From: Acidobacteriota bacterium
GTDB lineage: Bacteria > Acidobacteriota > Vicinamibacteria > Vicinamibacterales > SCN-69-37
Direction: 5' to 3'
DNA: 64,000 nucleotides
Assembly (NCBI GenBank): GCA_947467605.1
Contig: CANIII010000017.1
Location: 28,052-92,051, forward strand
The notes below the pieces were generated by a model. The model had not been told where the DNA came from. It saw nothing but the letters and a program-made list of their open reading frames with translations, and searched no databases. The translations under genes and the position numbers were made by a program. Positions 46,142 through 56,610 of this stretch are shown here, piece after piece (the stretch's first letter is position 1; each line of letters opens with the position of its first letter).

Positions 46142-48466
46142 CTATAGCGTGATGCTGACGGGCGGTCCCTGTACCTTCAGCGGCTTCACCACATCGGTGC
46201 CCGCGAGGCGCACCGCGAATGTTCTGGGCGCCGCGGCGCTGCCGCCGCTCACCGTGAGCCGTTTCGTCGTGTCGTTCCACGCAAACGCAAAGCGCGCGAT
46301 GCCGGTGTTCTTCTGATAGTTCAACGTCGCACCGTCATCTTCGTAGAGTGACGACGTGCCGTTGGCGCCCGGGTACACCACGAGCGTGATCGGGTCGGTC
46401 GTCGGTTCGGCGGTGTACTGCTTGATCGGTCCGACGGGAATGACGGCGCCACCGCGAACATACAACGGCATCGTGGAGAGATCGACCGCGCGAGCGATCT
46501 CGCGTCCGCCGGCCACGGCTTGTTCGGTCCAGAAATCAACCCACGGCCCCTTGGGCAGATACACGGATCGTGACGTCGCGCCTTTCTCGACGACCGGCGC
46601 CACTAGCATGTCGCGTCCCCACATGTACTGATCCCCCCGTGCCGTCGCGATCGCATCGTTGGGATAGTGCAGCCACATGGCGCGGATGATCGGCATGCCG
46701 GTGTCGTGACACTCGCGCACCGCGGTGTAGAGGTACGGCATCAGCCGGTAGCGCAGCTCGAGGAATTTCTTGCAGATCGGTTCAACCGACGGGTTGTGCA
46801 GCTCGCTGACGGGCGGATCCTGCGCGCCGTTCGTGTAGCCCGACACTTCGCTGAAGCCAAGTTCGCCGGTGTTCCATCCCCACGGCAGTCGCAGCTTCCA
46901 CGTGCGGCCATGCGAACGGAAGAGTGGATTGAACGCACCGAATTGGAACCAGCGCACGTAGAGCTCGCCCGTGAAGTCTGCGGTCGGCACGAAGCCGCCG
47001 ATGTCGGTGCCCCAATACGGAATGCCTGAGAGGCTCGTGTTGACGGCGTTGGGGACATGCGTCTTGAGCGTGTCCCACATCGAGTAAACGTCGCCCGACC
47101 AGAGAAACGCCGCGCGACGCGCCATGCCGACGTAGCCGTTGCGATGCAGCGCGTAGGGACGTTCGTTTGGCCGATACATGAGCGAGCCGTCGTAGTACAT
47201 GACGTTGCGGGCCAAGCGCGACGGGCCATCGAGGCCATCGCCTTGATCGGGCCACCAGCCGTCGATGCCAAGATCGAAGAGCGGCTTGTGTGCGGGCCAA
47301 TAGCAGCTGACCTGGCGATCCGGTGGCCACTCGCCGGCTGAGCCCTTGATCGACTCGGGCACGCGGCCCGTTGGCAGTGGCGCCGCCGTGCAGGGATCGG
47401 TGACCTTGCCAGTGAGCGTCTTGCCCTCGAGCACGATGTGCAGCACGACCTTGTAGTGCTGGGCATGCAGGTCGTCGATCATCTTTTTCGGATCGGGGAA
47501 GACATCGGCCTTCCACGCGAACTCGCCGTTGTGCGTGTTCCATCCTGACGGGCAGAAGTCGGTGCCGAGATAGATCAGGGCGTCACACGGCAGCTTCTTC
47601 TCGCGGAACGTCTTGGCGACGCCCAGAATTTCATCCGGGCCCGCGAGTGTGCGATGCGACTGCTGATAGCCGAGCGACCATAGCGGCGGCATTTCTGGAA
47701 AGCCCGTCAGCTGCGAGAACGACTTCATCAGGTCCGCTGGTGTTCCCGCAGCGACGACCATTTCAAAACGATCGAGCACGGCCGGCACTTCCGGCGGACG
47801 ATTCACGAGATTGCCCGTAGCGGCGGTCGCCACCATCGGCGTGAAGACGCCCTCGGTGCCGGTGAGATCAAACGAGCCGAGTGGTTGATGGAGAAAGAGT
47901 CCCCAGCCCGACGTCGTGCCGAGCAACCACTGGATCGGCACGCGTCCACCATGTGTCTGCAGTCGATAGCCGCCCTGACCACTGCGATTGGTATACGTCT
48001 GTCCCTTGCGATCGAACTGCGGCCCGCCTTGGCCGAAGCCGAGCACCGGGCCCGTCGGCAAGAGGAACTTGATCGTCGGCTGCACGGCATCGAACGTCAG
48101 TTGCTGCAGCGGTTTGCCCGCCTTGTCGATGTGGAGCGTGGGCGGATTCTCCGTGAAGCGCACGACGAGCCCGCTCTTCGTCGTCACACGCGCGAGCGAC
48201 GCGGCGGTGGTGCCGCTCCCAACGCGCGCATTCAACGGCGATGCCAGCGCGCCATCATCGGCAATCCATGTTGGTCCGGTGGCCGATGCGCGTCGCGCAC
48301 GGATGTAGACACCCATCGGCGCATCGCCGATCTCAAACTGCATCGGCTGGCCGTTGACGATGATGTTGCCGGCTTGGCCGAAGACGACGACGGGAGCGAG
48401 CATCGCCCCGGCGCCGGCCGCGCCCATGGTCTGCAGAGCCTGACGTCGGGAGACCTTCAGTGACAT
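46142..48466 (-). CDS. GH31-family alpha-glycosidase, TAT-exported
   Basis: The TAT signal is MSLKVSRRQALQTMGAAGAG. The GH31 catalytic region is GIDGWWPDQGD, followed by RRAAFLWSGDV and YWGTDIGGF. Confidence 0.8.
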   Translation of the reverse strand: MSLKVSRRQALQTMGAAGAGAMLAPVVVFGQAGNIIVNGQPMQFEIGDAPMGVYIRARRASATGPTWIADDGALASPLNARVGSGTTAASLARVTTKSGLVVRFTENPPTLHIDKAGKPLQQLTFDAVQPTIKFLLPTGPVLGFGQGGPQFDRKGQTYTNRSGQGGYRLQTHGGRVPIQWLLGTTSGWGLFLHQPLGSFDLTGTEGVFTPMVATAATGNLVNRPPEVPAVLDRFEMVVAAGTPADLMKSFSQLTGFPEMPPLWSLGYQQSHRTLAGPDEILGVAKTFREKKLPCDALIYLGTDFCPSGWNTHNGEFAWKADVFPDPKKMIDDLHAQHYKVVLHIVLEGKTLTGKVTDPCTAAPLPTGRVPESIKGSAGEWPPDRQVSCYWPAHKPLFDLGIDGWWPDQGDGLDGPSRLARNVMYYDGSLMYRPNERPYALHRNGYVGMARRAAFLWSGDVYSMWDTLKTHVPNAVNTSLSGIPYWGTDIGGFVPTADFTGELYVRWFQFGAFNPLFRSHGRTWKLRLPWGWNTGELGFSEVSGYTNGAQDPPVSELHNPSVEPICKKFLELRYRLMPYLYTAVRECHDTGMPIIRAMWLHYPNDAIATARGDQYMWGRDMLVAPVVEKGATSRSVYLPKGPWVDFWTEQAVAGGREIARAVDLSTMPLYVRGGAVIPVGPIKQYTAEPTTDPITLVVYPGANGTSSLYEDDGATLNYQKNTGIARFAFAWNDTTKRLTVSGGSAAAPRTFAVRLAGTDVVKPLKVQGPPVSITL

Positions 48467-48475
48467 GTGCGGACC

Positions 48476-49435
48476 TCAGCGTTTGGCGCGTTTAGGCGCG
48501 AATTGTGCGGGCGCGCCAATCGTGCGCGCGCGGGACGAGGCGTTAGCGGATTCCCAGTTGAAGCTGCGCACGAGCTTGATCAGTTCGGCGGCCGGCTTCG
48601 AGAGGTAGCCGTCTTCGCGGTAGACCATCAACGTGCGACGCGGCATCGCGAGTTCCCGCAGCGGCACGCGCACGAGCGATCCGTCGCGTAGTTCCTGCTT
48701 CACGGTCACGCCCGGCACGATCGCGATGCCGACGCCTTCGTGCACGAAGTTCTTCACGTTCTCAAAGCTCCACAGTTCAGCGACGATGCGGCAGCGCGTG
48801 GCGCGTTGATCGAAGAGCCGCAGGATCATGTCGGCCGTGGCGGTGCAGCCGTGGTGCAGGATGAACGGCTCGTCGGCGAGATCCTTCACGCTGACGTCCG
48901 TGCGCGACACCAACGTGTGCTTTGGCGACGCGACGAGCATCATCTCGTCGGTGTGCACCTCGACGAACTGCAGTTCATGGAACGCCGGCTCGTCTTTGAC
49001 GAAGCCCAGATCGACTTCGCGGTCCATGACCCGGCGCGGAATCTCGGCGAGGCTCGTGCGCTGGATGCCGACCTTGATGTCGGGATACTGCTGGAGATAC
49101 GCGCGGAGGGGCGCGGGCAGCAGATAGACCGCCGCGGATTCGTGCGCGGCCAGCTTCAATGTGCCGGCTTTCATCGCTTTCAGTTCTGACACCTGGCGCA
49201 TGGCCTCGTCGCGCAGATGCACCATCCGCCGTGCATAGTCGGCCAGCACGCGGCCGGCTTCGGTGAGCGTGACCTCGTGCACATCGCGCGCAAACAGCGG
49301 CGCGCCGATTTCGTCTTCGAGCTTCTTGATGCTCTGGCTGACGGCCGGCTGCGTGCGGCTGACGCGCTCGGCGGCGCGGGTAAAGGTGCGCTCTTCGACG
49401 ATGGCCAGAAAGTGTTCGAGCTGGAGCAGATCCAT
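48476..49435 (-). CDS. LysR-family transcriptional regulator
   Basis: The N-terminal HTH is LLQLEHFLAIVEERTFTRAAERVSRTQPAVSQSIKKLEDEIGAPLF. It is divergent from the GH27 gene across a 38-nt spacer. Confidence 0.9.
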   Translation of the reverse strand: MDLLQLEHFLAIVEERTFTRAAERVSRTQPAVSQSIKKLEDEIGAPLFARDVHEVTLTEAGRVLADYARRMVHLRDEAMRQVSELKAMKAGTLKLAAHESAAVYLLPAPLRAYLQQYPDIKVGIQRTSLAEIPRRVMDREVDLGFVKDEPAFHELQFVEVHTDEMMLVASPKHTLVSRTDVSVKDLADEPFILHHGCTATADMILRLFDQRATRCRIVAELWSFENVKNFVHEGVGIAIVPGVTVKQELRDGSLVRVPLRELAMPRRTLMVYREDGYLSKPAAELIKLVRSFNWESANASSRARTIGAPAQFAPKRAKR

Positions 49436-49473
49436 GCGGCGAATAATACGACTATTTCGCTACAATCGGCCCC

Positions 49474-51501
49474 ATGCGATTCCTCCGCGTAGCTCCGGCT
49501 GCGGCCGCTCTGTATGTGATCAGCGCATTGGCTCCAGGCGCAGTGCGTGCCGCCCAGACTCCGCGGCCGCTCGTGATCACCGGTGCCGACGCGCCGCCGA
49601 ATGGCGTGTGGCTCGACGCGCTCGACCTCACAAGGATGGTGCAGCGTCGCGGCACGCCGCGCGTGGGCAAGTCGGGCGCGAGTGGAGGACGCGGTAACCC
49701 GACGCCGCCGCCGCTGAAACTGGGTGGCGTGACCTACGAGCATGGCATCGGCACGCTCTCTATCAATGAGCTCATCATCGATCTCAAAGGTGAGGCGACG
49801 CGATTTGTGTCGATGATGGGTATTGACGACGCCATCACGCGTGAAGGGTCGGTGACGTACGAGATCTGGCTCGACAACAAGAAGAAGCTGATCACCGACG
49901 TTCTGAAGGCCGGCGCGCCGCCGCAGCGTGTCGACATCGACGTGACAGGCGGACATCTGCTCGAGCTCGTGATCAACGACGGCGGTGACACCAGCAACAG
50001 CGACTACGCGGATTGGGCGGGCGCCGTGATCATCATGAAGGCAGGCAGCACCGCGACGCCAGTGACGTGGACATTTCCGTCCGAACCGGCGCCGCCGATC
50101 GTGCCGAGCACGGCGTTTACTGGTTCGCCGCGACTCAACGCGCCGTTCATCACCGGTGCCACGCCGGGTCGGCCGTTTCTCTTCAGGATTCCAGCAAGCG
50201 GCGAAGCGCCGCTGAGTTTCAGCGCGAGCGGTCTGCCCGCCGGGCTCACGCTCGACACCAAGACCGGCATCATCACTGGCGCACTCGCGACGGCCGGCCG
50301 GACGAGCGTCGCGGTGACGGCGACCAACGCCAAGGGCCGCGCCACGCACGCGCTCACGATCGTCGGCGGCACAGACGCGCTCGCGCTTACGCCGCCGCTC
50401 GGATGGAATTCCTGGAACGTGTGGGGCGGATCGGTTGATGACGCGAAGGTACGCGCCGCAGCTGACGCGATGGTGTCGAGTGGCCTGTCGTCGGTGGGAT
50501 TCCAGTACGTGAACATCGACGATGGGTGGGAAGGGAAGCGCGACGCGAACGGCGTGCTGCAGCCGAACGAGAAGTTCCCGGACATGAAAGCGCTCTCGGC
50601 CTACATCCACAGCAAAGGCCTGAAGATGGGCATCTACTCGTCGCCTGGAGCGCGCACGTGTCAGGGACTTCCCGGCAGCTATCGGCACGAAGAGATTGAC
50701 GCGAAGACATGGGCCGAGTGGGGCGTCGATCTCCTCAAGCACGACTGGTGTTCGTACTCCAGCATCGTCAAAGACGACTCGCTGCCCGAGTTGCAGAAGC
50801 CGTACATCGTCATGCGTGATGCGCTGGCGAAGACCGCGCGCGACATTGTGTACAGCCTGTGTCAGTACGGCATGGGGAACGTGTGGGAGTGGGGCGCGAC
50901 GATTGGCGGCAATTACTGGCGCGTGAGCGGTGACCTCACCGACGTGTGGTCGAACATGTCGCCGATTGGTTTTCGGCAAGCCGGCCGCGAGCAATGGACG
51001 AAGCCGGGCCACTACACGGATCCCGACATGCTTGTCGTTGGCAAGGTGGGCTGGGGGCCGAGTGTGCACGACACGCGCCTCACGCCGAACGAGCAGATCA
51101 CGCACATCTCGCTGTGGTCGCTGCAGGCCGCGCCTCTGCTGCTCGGCGCCGACATGTCGCAGTTCGATCCGTTCACGACCAACCTCATGACCAATGACGA
51201 GGTGATTGCCGTCGATCAGGACCAGCTCGTGAAGGCAGCGTGGCGGATCTCGCAGCGCGAGCGCCTCGAAGTGTGGGCGCGCCCGCTGGCCGACGGTACG
51301 ATCGCGGTGGGCCTCTTCAACCGCGGTCTGCAGGCGGCGACGGTCTCTGCGACGTGGGCCGAACTCGGCCTTCGCGGCGCGCAGCCGGTGCGTGACCTGT
51401 GGCTGCACAAAGACCTTCCGGCCTCCAACGGCGAATTCGCCGCCACCGTCCCTGCCCACGGAGCGGTCCTCGTCAAGATCGGCCAGAAAGCCGGGAGTTA
51501 A
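49474..51501 (+). CDS. GH27 alpha-galactosidase with N-terminal NPCBM-like and Ig-like domains
   Basis: It has a signal peptide and an NPCBM-like part (GVTYEHGIGTLSINELIIDL..GSVTYEIWLD). GH27 blocks are PPLGWNSWN, YVNIDDGW and the nucleophile DLLKHDWC, with the acid/base YWRVSGD. Confidence 0.85.
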   Translation: MRFLRVAPAAAALYVISALAPGAVRAAQTPRPLVITGADAPPNGVWLDALDLTRMVQRRGTPRVGKSGASGGRGNPTPPPLKLGGVTYEHGIGTLSINELIIDLKGEATRFVSMMGIDDAITREGSVTYEIWLDNKKKLITDVLKAGAPPQRVDIDVTGGHLLELVINDGGDTSNSDYADWAGAVIIMKAGSTATPVTWTFPSEPAPPIVPSTAFTGSPRLNAPFITGATPGRPFLFRIPASGEAPLSFSASGLPAGLTLDTKTGIITGALATAGRTSVAVTATNAKGRATHALTIVGGTDALALTPPLGWNSWNVWGGSVDDAKVRAAADAMVSSGLSSVGFQYVNIDDGWEGKRDANGVLQPNEKFPDMKALSAYIHSKGLKMGIYSSPGARTCQGLPGSYRHEEIDAKTWAEWGVDLLKHDWCSYSSIVKDDSLPELQKPYIVMRDALAKTARDIVYSLCQYGMGNVWEWGATIGGNYWRVSGDLTDVWSNMSPIGFRQAGREQWTKPGHYTDPDMLVVGKVGWGPSVHDTRLTPNEQITHISLWSLQAAPLLLGADMSQFDPFTTNLMTNDEVIAVDQDQLVKAAWRISQRERLEVWARPLADGTIAVGLFNRGLQAATVSATWAELGLRGAQPVRDLWLHKDLPASNGEFAATVPAHGAVLVKIGQKAGS

Positions 51502-51523
51502 TTGCGAATTAACTCCCGGCTTT
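51487..51523. terminator. Hairpin terminator; copy 2 of the repeated palindromic element
   Basis: aaagccgggagttaatt-gcg-aattaactcccggcttt has arms identical to the core of the 3697-3747 hairpin. The left arm supplies the last codons and the TAA of the GH27 gene (..KAGS*). Confidence 0.65.
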
Positions 51524-51584
51524 ACATCGTCTGCGCTAAAACGCACATCCAAGCCATGCCGGCGCTTGGTACACTGGCGATCGA

Positions 51585-52472
51585 ATGACACTGGTGATCA
51601 TGGCTGCTGGGCTGGCGTCTCGCTATGGCAGCACGAAGCAGCTGGAAGGTGTGGGACCGAACGGCGAGTTGCTGCTCGAGTACTCGATCTGTGACGCCCG
51701 TCGCGCCGGGTTCACGCGCATTGTGTTCATCATTCGGCGGGCGATCGAAGCCGAGATGCGCGAGTTTGCGAAGCGGCTGCCGGCTGATCTGAAAATCGAT
51801 TTTGCCATTCAGGATCTGACCCAGGTGCCGGCCTGGTTCACGATGCCCGAGGGCCGCACCAAGCCGTGGGGCACGGTGCATGCGCTCCTCGCGGCCGAAC
51901 ATCTGATGGATCACGCGTTTGCGGCATTGAACGCGGATGATTTCTACGGCCCCGCCGCCTTCGTTGAGGCGCGAGCGGCGTGCGACGTCGCCGCATCGGT
52001 CGGCACAGCGGCCGCGATCATGTTTCCGCTCAGCGCCACACTCTCTCCGCACGGATCAGTGATTCGTGGTCTCGGCCGCGTCGAACACGGCCAATTGGTG
52101 GAACTCGACGAAGTACGCGACATCGTGCGCGACGAGTCGGGGCTGCACGGCCGGTTTGGCTCGGACGTTCGCGCACTCACTGGCGATGAACTCGCCTCGA
52201 TGAACTTCTGGGTCTTTTCGAAGAAATCCCTGAGCGACCTGCGCGACGTGTTCGAGGCGTTCCTCAAGACGAGCGGGCAGGCGCCCGCCTCTGAATCGAT
52301 TCTCCCCGAAGCAGTCGGCACGTTACTCGCCGACGGTCGAATGACCGTGCGCGCGCTGTCAGCGCCGGGCCCGTGGTTTGGTCTCACGCATCTGGCGGAT
52401 CGCGAAGGCGTGCAGCGCGGCCTCAGAGAACTGACCGCGCAGGGTGTGTATTCGTCGCCGCTGTGGAATTGA
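51585..52472 (+). CDS. Sugar-phosphate nucleotidyltransferase-family protein
   Basis: The N-terminal MTLVIMAAGLASRYG is a GxGxR-type NTP_transferase motif. NADDFYG is also present. Confidence 0.6.
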   Translation: MTLVIMAAGLASRYGSTKQLEGVGPNGELLLEYSICDARRAGFTRIVFIIRRAIEAEMREFAKRLPADLKIDFAIQDLTQVPAWFTMPEGRTKPWGTVHALLAAEHLMDHAFAALNADDFYGPAAFVEARAACDVAASVGTAAAIMFPLSATLSPHGSVIRGLGRVEHGQLVELDEVRDIVRDESGLHGRFGSDVRALTGDELASMNFWVFSKKSLSDLRDVFEAFLKTSGQAPASESILPEAVGTLLADGRMTVRALSAPGPWFGLTHLADREGVQRGLRELTAQGVYSSPLWN

Positions 52473-52473
52473 A

Positions 52474-53748
52474 TCAATCCGCCGGCGGATGCCCCGTGGT
52501 GAGAATCGCCTGAGCGCGCCGAACGTCGAGGGCGCCTTCCCATTTCGAGATCACGAGCGTGGCCACAGCGTTGCCGATCAGGTTGGTGATCGAGCGCGCT
52601 TCAGACATGAAGCGATCGACGCCCACCAGTAGCGTGAGGCCGGCGAGCGGAATCGACGGAAACACCGCGAGCGTGGCCGCCAGCGTGACGAAACCACTGC
52701 CGGTGACGGCCGCTGCGCCCTTCGACGTCAACAACAACACGCCGAGCAACGTGAGCTGCTGACCCAGCGTCAAGTGCACGCCGCTGACCTGCGCCACGAA
52801 AATCGCGGCCATCGTCATGTAGATCGACGTGCCGTCGAGGTTGAACGAGTACCCGGTCGGCACGACCATGCCGACCACCGCGCGAGCGCAGCCGAGATGT
52901 TCCATCTTGTCCATCAGTCGCGGCAGTGCGGATTCGGATGACGACGTGCCAAGCACGATCAGGATTTCCTCGGCGATGTACTTGAGGAACTTGAACATGT
53001 TGAAACCGGCCGCTGCGACGATCGCGGCGAGCACGATGAAGATGAACGCCGCGCAGGTGATGTAGACGCCCGCCATGAGTTTGCCGAGCGTGAGCAGGGC
53101 GCCGATGCCGTATTTGCCGACGGTAAAGGCCATCGCGCCGAATGCGCCGATGGGCGCGAGCTTCATGATCATTGCGACGAGGCCGAAGAGTGCTTTCGAG
53201 ATCGTGTCGATGAGCGCGACGACGGGCCGGCCGACGGTTTCGAGTTTCAGCAACACCAGACCGAAGAGCACCGAGAAGAGCAGCACCTGCAGCACATTGC
53301 CCGCCGCGAATGCGCCGACGACGCTGTCGGGGATGACGTTCATCAGGAAGTCGACGGTCGACAGCTGTTGCGACGCGGATGTGTAGGTGGCGACCGATTT
53401 CATATCGACGCCGGCCGGATCAAAGGCCAGCCCGCTGCCGGGATGGAGTACGTTGACGACGATCAGGCCGATCACGAGCGCGATCGTAGAGACAACTTCA
53501 AAGTAGACGATGGCGCGCAGACCGATGCGGCCGACATCTTTCACCGCGCCGGCCTGCGAGATGCCGACGACGACAGTCGTGAAGACGATTGGGGCGATCA
53601 GCATCTTCACGAGTTTGATGAAGCCGTCGCCCAGTGGCTTCATTGCGGCAGCGTGGGCGGGGTCGAGAAACCCGAACAGCGCGCCGAGCGCGATCGCACA
53701 CAACACCTGAATGTAGAGGCTACCGAACGTCTTCCTGATCCCTGCCAT
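52474..53748 (-). CDS. dctA: Dicarboxylate/amino acid:cation symporter (C4-dicarboxylate transporter DctA-like)
   Basis: Matching DAACS-family blocks are [52 protein letters not shown] and [12 protein letters not shown]. Confidence 0.8.
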   Translation of the reverse strand: MAGIRKTFGSLYIQVLCAIALGALFGFLDPAHAAAMKPLGDGFIKLVKMLIAPIVFTTVVVGISQAGAVKDVGRIGLRAIVYFEVVSTIALVIGLIVVNVLHPGSGLAFDPAGVDMKSVATYTSASQQLSTVDFLMNVIPDSVVGAFAAGNVLQVLLFSVLFGLVLLKLETVGRPVVALIDTISKALFGLVAMIMKLAPIGAFGAMAFTVGKYGIGALLTLGKLMAGVYITCAAFIFIVLAAIVAAAGFNMFKFLKYIAEEILIVLGTSSSESALPRLMDKMEHLGCARAVVGMVVPTGYSFNLDGTSIYMTMAAIFVAQVSGVHLTLGQQLTLLGVLLLTSKGAAAVTGSGFVTLAATLAVFPSIPLAGLTLLVGVDRFMSEARSITNLIGNAVATLVISKWEGALDVRRAQAILTTGHPPAD

Positions 53749-53824
53749 GCGTTCGAGAGTTGTACACCATGCGGGCCGATTCGTCGTGTATTCTTCGCGG
53801 AGATCGCGGTTCTCGGAGATCCCT

Positions 53825-56311
53825 ATGAAGACCCTGCGTGTATTCCTGTTCGCGGCTGTGGTGATGGGCGCGGTGGTGTTGGTGTCGTGGGCGCCGCCGC
53901 TCGAAGGGCAACTGGAAGCGCAGGGTGCGGCGCAACTGGCGAAGGACTACCCGGTGCAGCCCGTGCCCTTCACCGCCGTGCACCTGGCGGACCAGTTCTG
54001 GGCGCCGAAGATCGAGACGAATCGGAACGTCTCGATCCCGTTCGCGTTTGAACAGTGCGAGATCACCGGGCGCGTCGAGAACTTCATCCGCGCCGCCAAA
54101 GCTATTCAAGGGACGCTCGTCGACAGCGACCGCAAGATCCCGCCGTATCCATTCGACGATACCGACATCTACAAGGTGATCGAAGGCGCGTCGTACGCAC
54201 TGAGCGTGCATCCCGACCCGAAGCTCGACGCCTATGTGGACAGCCTCATCGAGAAGATCGCGGCGGCGCAGGAGCGCGACGGGTATCTCTATCCGGCGCG
54301 CACGATCAACCCGGCGAAGCCGCACGCGTGGGCCGGCACCGAGCGGTGGCAACTTGAGAAGGTCGACAGCCACGAACTCTACGAGTTCGGCCACCTTGCC
54401 GAGTCGTCGGTCGCGCACTATCAGGCCACCGGCAAGAAGACGTTGCTCAACATCGCGACGCGCTTCGCCGACTTGCTCGTCAACACGTTCGGCCCGGGCA
54501 AGCGCGCCATCTGGCCCGGCCATCAGATCACCGAGATGGCGCTGGTGAAGCTCTATCGCGTCACAGGCAAGGAACAGTATCTGGCGCTGTCGAAGTTCAT
54601 GCTCGACGTGCGCGGCCCCGACGGCGATCGTGGTGCGGGTCGTACCTACAACCAGTCGCAGGCCAAAGTGATTGAGCAGACCGAGGCCGTGGGTCACGCA
54701 GTGCGCGCGAGCTACATGTACTCAGGCATGGCCGACGTCGCCGCGATGACCGGTGACCTCAGCTACTTGCACGCCATCGACGCCATCTGGAACGACGTCG
54801 TCGGCAAGAAGCTCTACATCACGGGCGGCATCGGCGCGAGCGGCAGCGGGGAAGCGTTTGGCGCCGCGTACGAGCTGCCGAACATGTCGGCATATTGTGA
54901 GACGTGCGCGGCCATCGGCAACGACTACTGGAATCAGCGATTGTTCCTGCTCCACGCCGACGCGAAGTACATCGACGTGATGGAGCGCACGCTGTACAAC
55001 GGGCTGATCAGCGGCGTGTCGCTTGACGGCAAAGCGTTCTTCTATCCGAATCCGCTTGAGTCGCGCGGCCAGCACGAGCGCAAGCCGTGGTTCGGCGTCG
55101 CGTGCTGCCCGGGTAACATCACGCGCTTCATGGCATCGGTCGGTGGGTATCAGTACGCGAAGCAGGACGCGACGATTTTCGTCAATCTCTACGCGGCCGG
55201 CACGGCGGACATCGCACTCGACAACGGCACAACGGTCAAGATCACGCAAGCGACGCGCTACCCGTGGGACGGGTTGGTGTCGATGACTGTGACACCGGCG
55301 AGGGCGGCAACGTTTGCGCTGAACGTGCGCATCCCCGGATGGGCGCGGGCGCAAGCGGTGCCGAGCGATCTCTACGCGTTCACCTCGGCGAGAGGTGCGG
55401 TGGATGTGAAGATCCCGGAACTGCGCGTCAACGGCGCCGTGATTCCGACGAAAGTGGTGAACGGCTACGTGCGCATCAACCGCGCGTGGAAGACCGGAGA
55501 CGTGGTGTCGTTGAACCTGCCGATGCCGGTCCATCGCGTTGCCGCCAACAACAACGTCGCTGCCGATCGAGACCGCGTCGCGTTTCAGCGCGGGCCCATC
55601 GTCTACGCCTTCGAGTGGCCGGACAATCCGGGGGCGAACCTGCGCAATCTGTTTGTGCCCGACACCGCGGTGCTGACGACCGAGTTCATGCCGGCGCTGC
55701 TGGGCGGCGTGCAGGTCATCAGAACGAAAGGCACATCACTCGCGACAAACGCGGCCGGCGTGACCGAGAAGAAGGAGACGATGCTCACCGCGATTCCGTA
55801 CTACGCGTGGGCGAACCGAGGGAAGGGCGAGATGTCGGTGTGGATGCCGCGCGCTGAGTCCGCCGTGACGCCCAAGCCGTTCCCGACGCTCGCGATGACG
55901 AGCAAGGTGAGCATCTCGCGACCGGCCCATCTGCCAGAGTCGCTGGTCAACGACGGCGAAGAGCCGACGCGGTCGAACCGCAGCGGCGGCAGCAGCTTCG
56001 ACTGGTGGCCGACATTTGGTACCACCGAGTGGCTGCAGTATGACTTTCCGAAGGCGCAGTCGGTGTCTGAGACGCAGGTCTTCTGGTTCGACGACACCGG
56101 CAACGGCGGCGTCAAGGTGCCGGCGCGGTGGCGTCTCCTATATAAGGATGGCGATCAGTGGAAGCCGGTCGAGAACACGGCGCCCTACGGCGTGGCCATC
56201 GACAAGTACAATGTGGTGACGTTCAAGCCGGTCACGACGGCGGCCGTGCGGATCGAAGTGACCGCGCAGGCCGGCGTTTCGTCTGGGGTGATTGAGTGGA
56301 AGATTCGATAG
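53825..56311 (+). CDS. GH127-family beta-L-arabinofuranosidase-like (DUF1680) with C-terminal discoidin-like domain
   Basis: The ATG at 53825 gives a signal peptide. [20 protein letters not shown] is present. Zn/nucleophile-type residues are ETCAAIG (Glu-x-Cys) and GVACCPGN (Cys-Cys), as in HypBA1-type enzymes. The C-terminus has WLQYDFP..VRIEV (F5/8-type-C-like). Confidence 0.8.
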   Translation: MKTLRVFLFAAVVMGAVVLVSWAPPLEGQLEAQGAAQLAKDYPVQPVPFTAVHLADQFWAPKIETNRNVSIPFAFEQCEITGRVENFIRAAKAIQGTLVDSDRKIPPYPFDDTDIYKVIEGASYALSVHPDPKLDAYVDSLIEKIAAAQERDGYLYPARTINPAKPHAWAGTERWQLEKVDSHELYEFGHLAESSVAHYQATGKKTLLNIATRFADLLVNTFGPGKRAIWPGHQITEMALVKLYRVTGKEQYLALSKFMLDVRGPDGDRGAGRTYNQSQAKVIEQTEAVGHAVRASYMYSGMADVAAMTGDLSYLHAIDAIWNDVVGKKLYITGGIGASGSGEAFGAAYELPNMSAYCETCAAIGNDYWNQRLFLLHADAKYIDVMERTLYNGLISGVSLDGKAFFYPNPLESRGQHERKPWFGVACCPGNITRFMASVGGYQYAKQDATIFVNLYAAGTADIALDNGTTVKITQATRYPWDGLVSMTVTPARAATFALNVRIPGWARAQAVPSDLYAFTSARGAVDVKIPELRVNGAVIPTKVVNGYVRINRAWKTGDVVSLNLPMPVHRVAANNNVAADRDRVAFQRGPIVYAFEWPDNPGANLRNLFVPDTAVLTTEFMPALLGGVQVIRTKGTSLATNAAGVTEKKETMLTAIPYYAWANRGKGEMSVWMPRAESAVTPKPFPTLAMTSKVSISRPAHLPESLVNDGEEPTRSNRSGGSSFDWWPTFGTTEWLQYDFPKAQSVSETQVFWFDDTGNGGVKVPARWRLLYKDGDQWKPVENTAPYGVAIDKYNVVTFKPVTTAAVRIEVTAQAGVSSGVIEWKIR

Positions 56312-56571
56312 GCTCGGGGCCGCAGAAGTATCGCGTCCGCGTCAAGAGAAAGAAGACGCCGCTCCAACGCATCAAGAAGGTGCTGTCGATGCCGCACCTC
56401 AAGCGTCGCGAGCGCAATCAGCGCTTGGCCATCGGTACGGTGGTCCTGATGCTCGGGCTGTATCTGGCCATCGTGCGGCCGATCATCGACTACTTCTTTC
56501 CCTACGTGCCGCCCAAGAAGACGCAGACACTGACACCGCCGACCAAGACCGGGTTGCAGAAGAACCGATAG
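56296..56571 (+). CDS. Possible small Lys/Arg-rich single-TM protein
   Basis: It has coding-like GC3, the TM helix LAIGTVVLMLGLYLAIV, and basic flanks. The start is uncertain (56296 or ATG about 56389). It overlaps the GH127 3' end by 16 nt if the long form is used. Confidence 0.35.
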   Translation: MEDSIGSGPQKYRVRVKRKKTPLQRIKKVLSMPHLKRRERNQRLAIGTVVLMLGLYLAIVRPIIDYFFPYVPPKKTQTLTPPTKTGLQKNR

Positions 56572-56610
56572 ACGCGACGTCGCGCGTCGGCGTGTTATCG
56601 TCGTCTCTCC

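Noticed and set aside
45069-46280. A 403-aa minus-strand ORF in an alternative frame to 45023..46132.
   Set aside because: It is Arg-rich with no hydrophobic periodicity. The competing frame encodes about 8 clean TM helices and a structured tail.
49441-49460. A LysR-type T-N11-A box (aataatacgactattt) in the LysR/GH27 spacer.
   Set aside because: The dyad symmetry is imperfect and the exact T-N11-A register is ambiguous. It is mentioned only within the glycan-cluster finding.
49180-51591. An 803-aa ORF on the minus strand covering the whole GH27 gene. Similar long antisense or alternate-frame ORFs occur at 886..1818, 1991..3325, 22793..23836, 25367..26284, 33137..34366, 34513..35919, 35528..36826, 40399..41499, 44092..45135 and 53720..54697.
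   Set aside because: Their translations are Arg/Pro/His/Ala-rich with no recognisable motifs. They lie opposite ORFs with clear catalytic motifs and signal peptides. They are typical shadow ORFs of high-GC DNA.
56281-56340. An apparent 1-nt disagreement between my manual base counting and the ORF-track coordinates around the GH127 stop and the small-ORF start.
   Set aside because: This is most likely my own reading error in this line. The ORF-track coordinates were used, so hand-derived coordinates nearby may be off by 1 nt.
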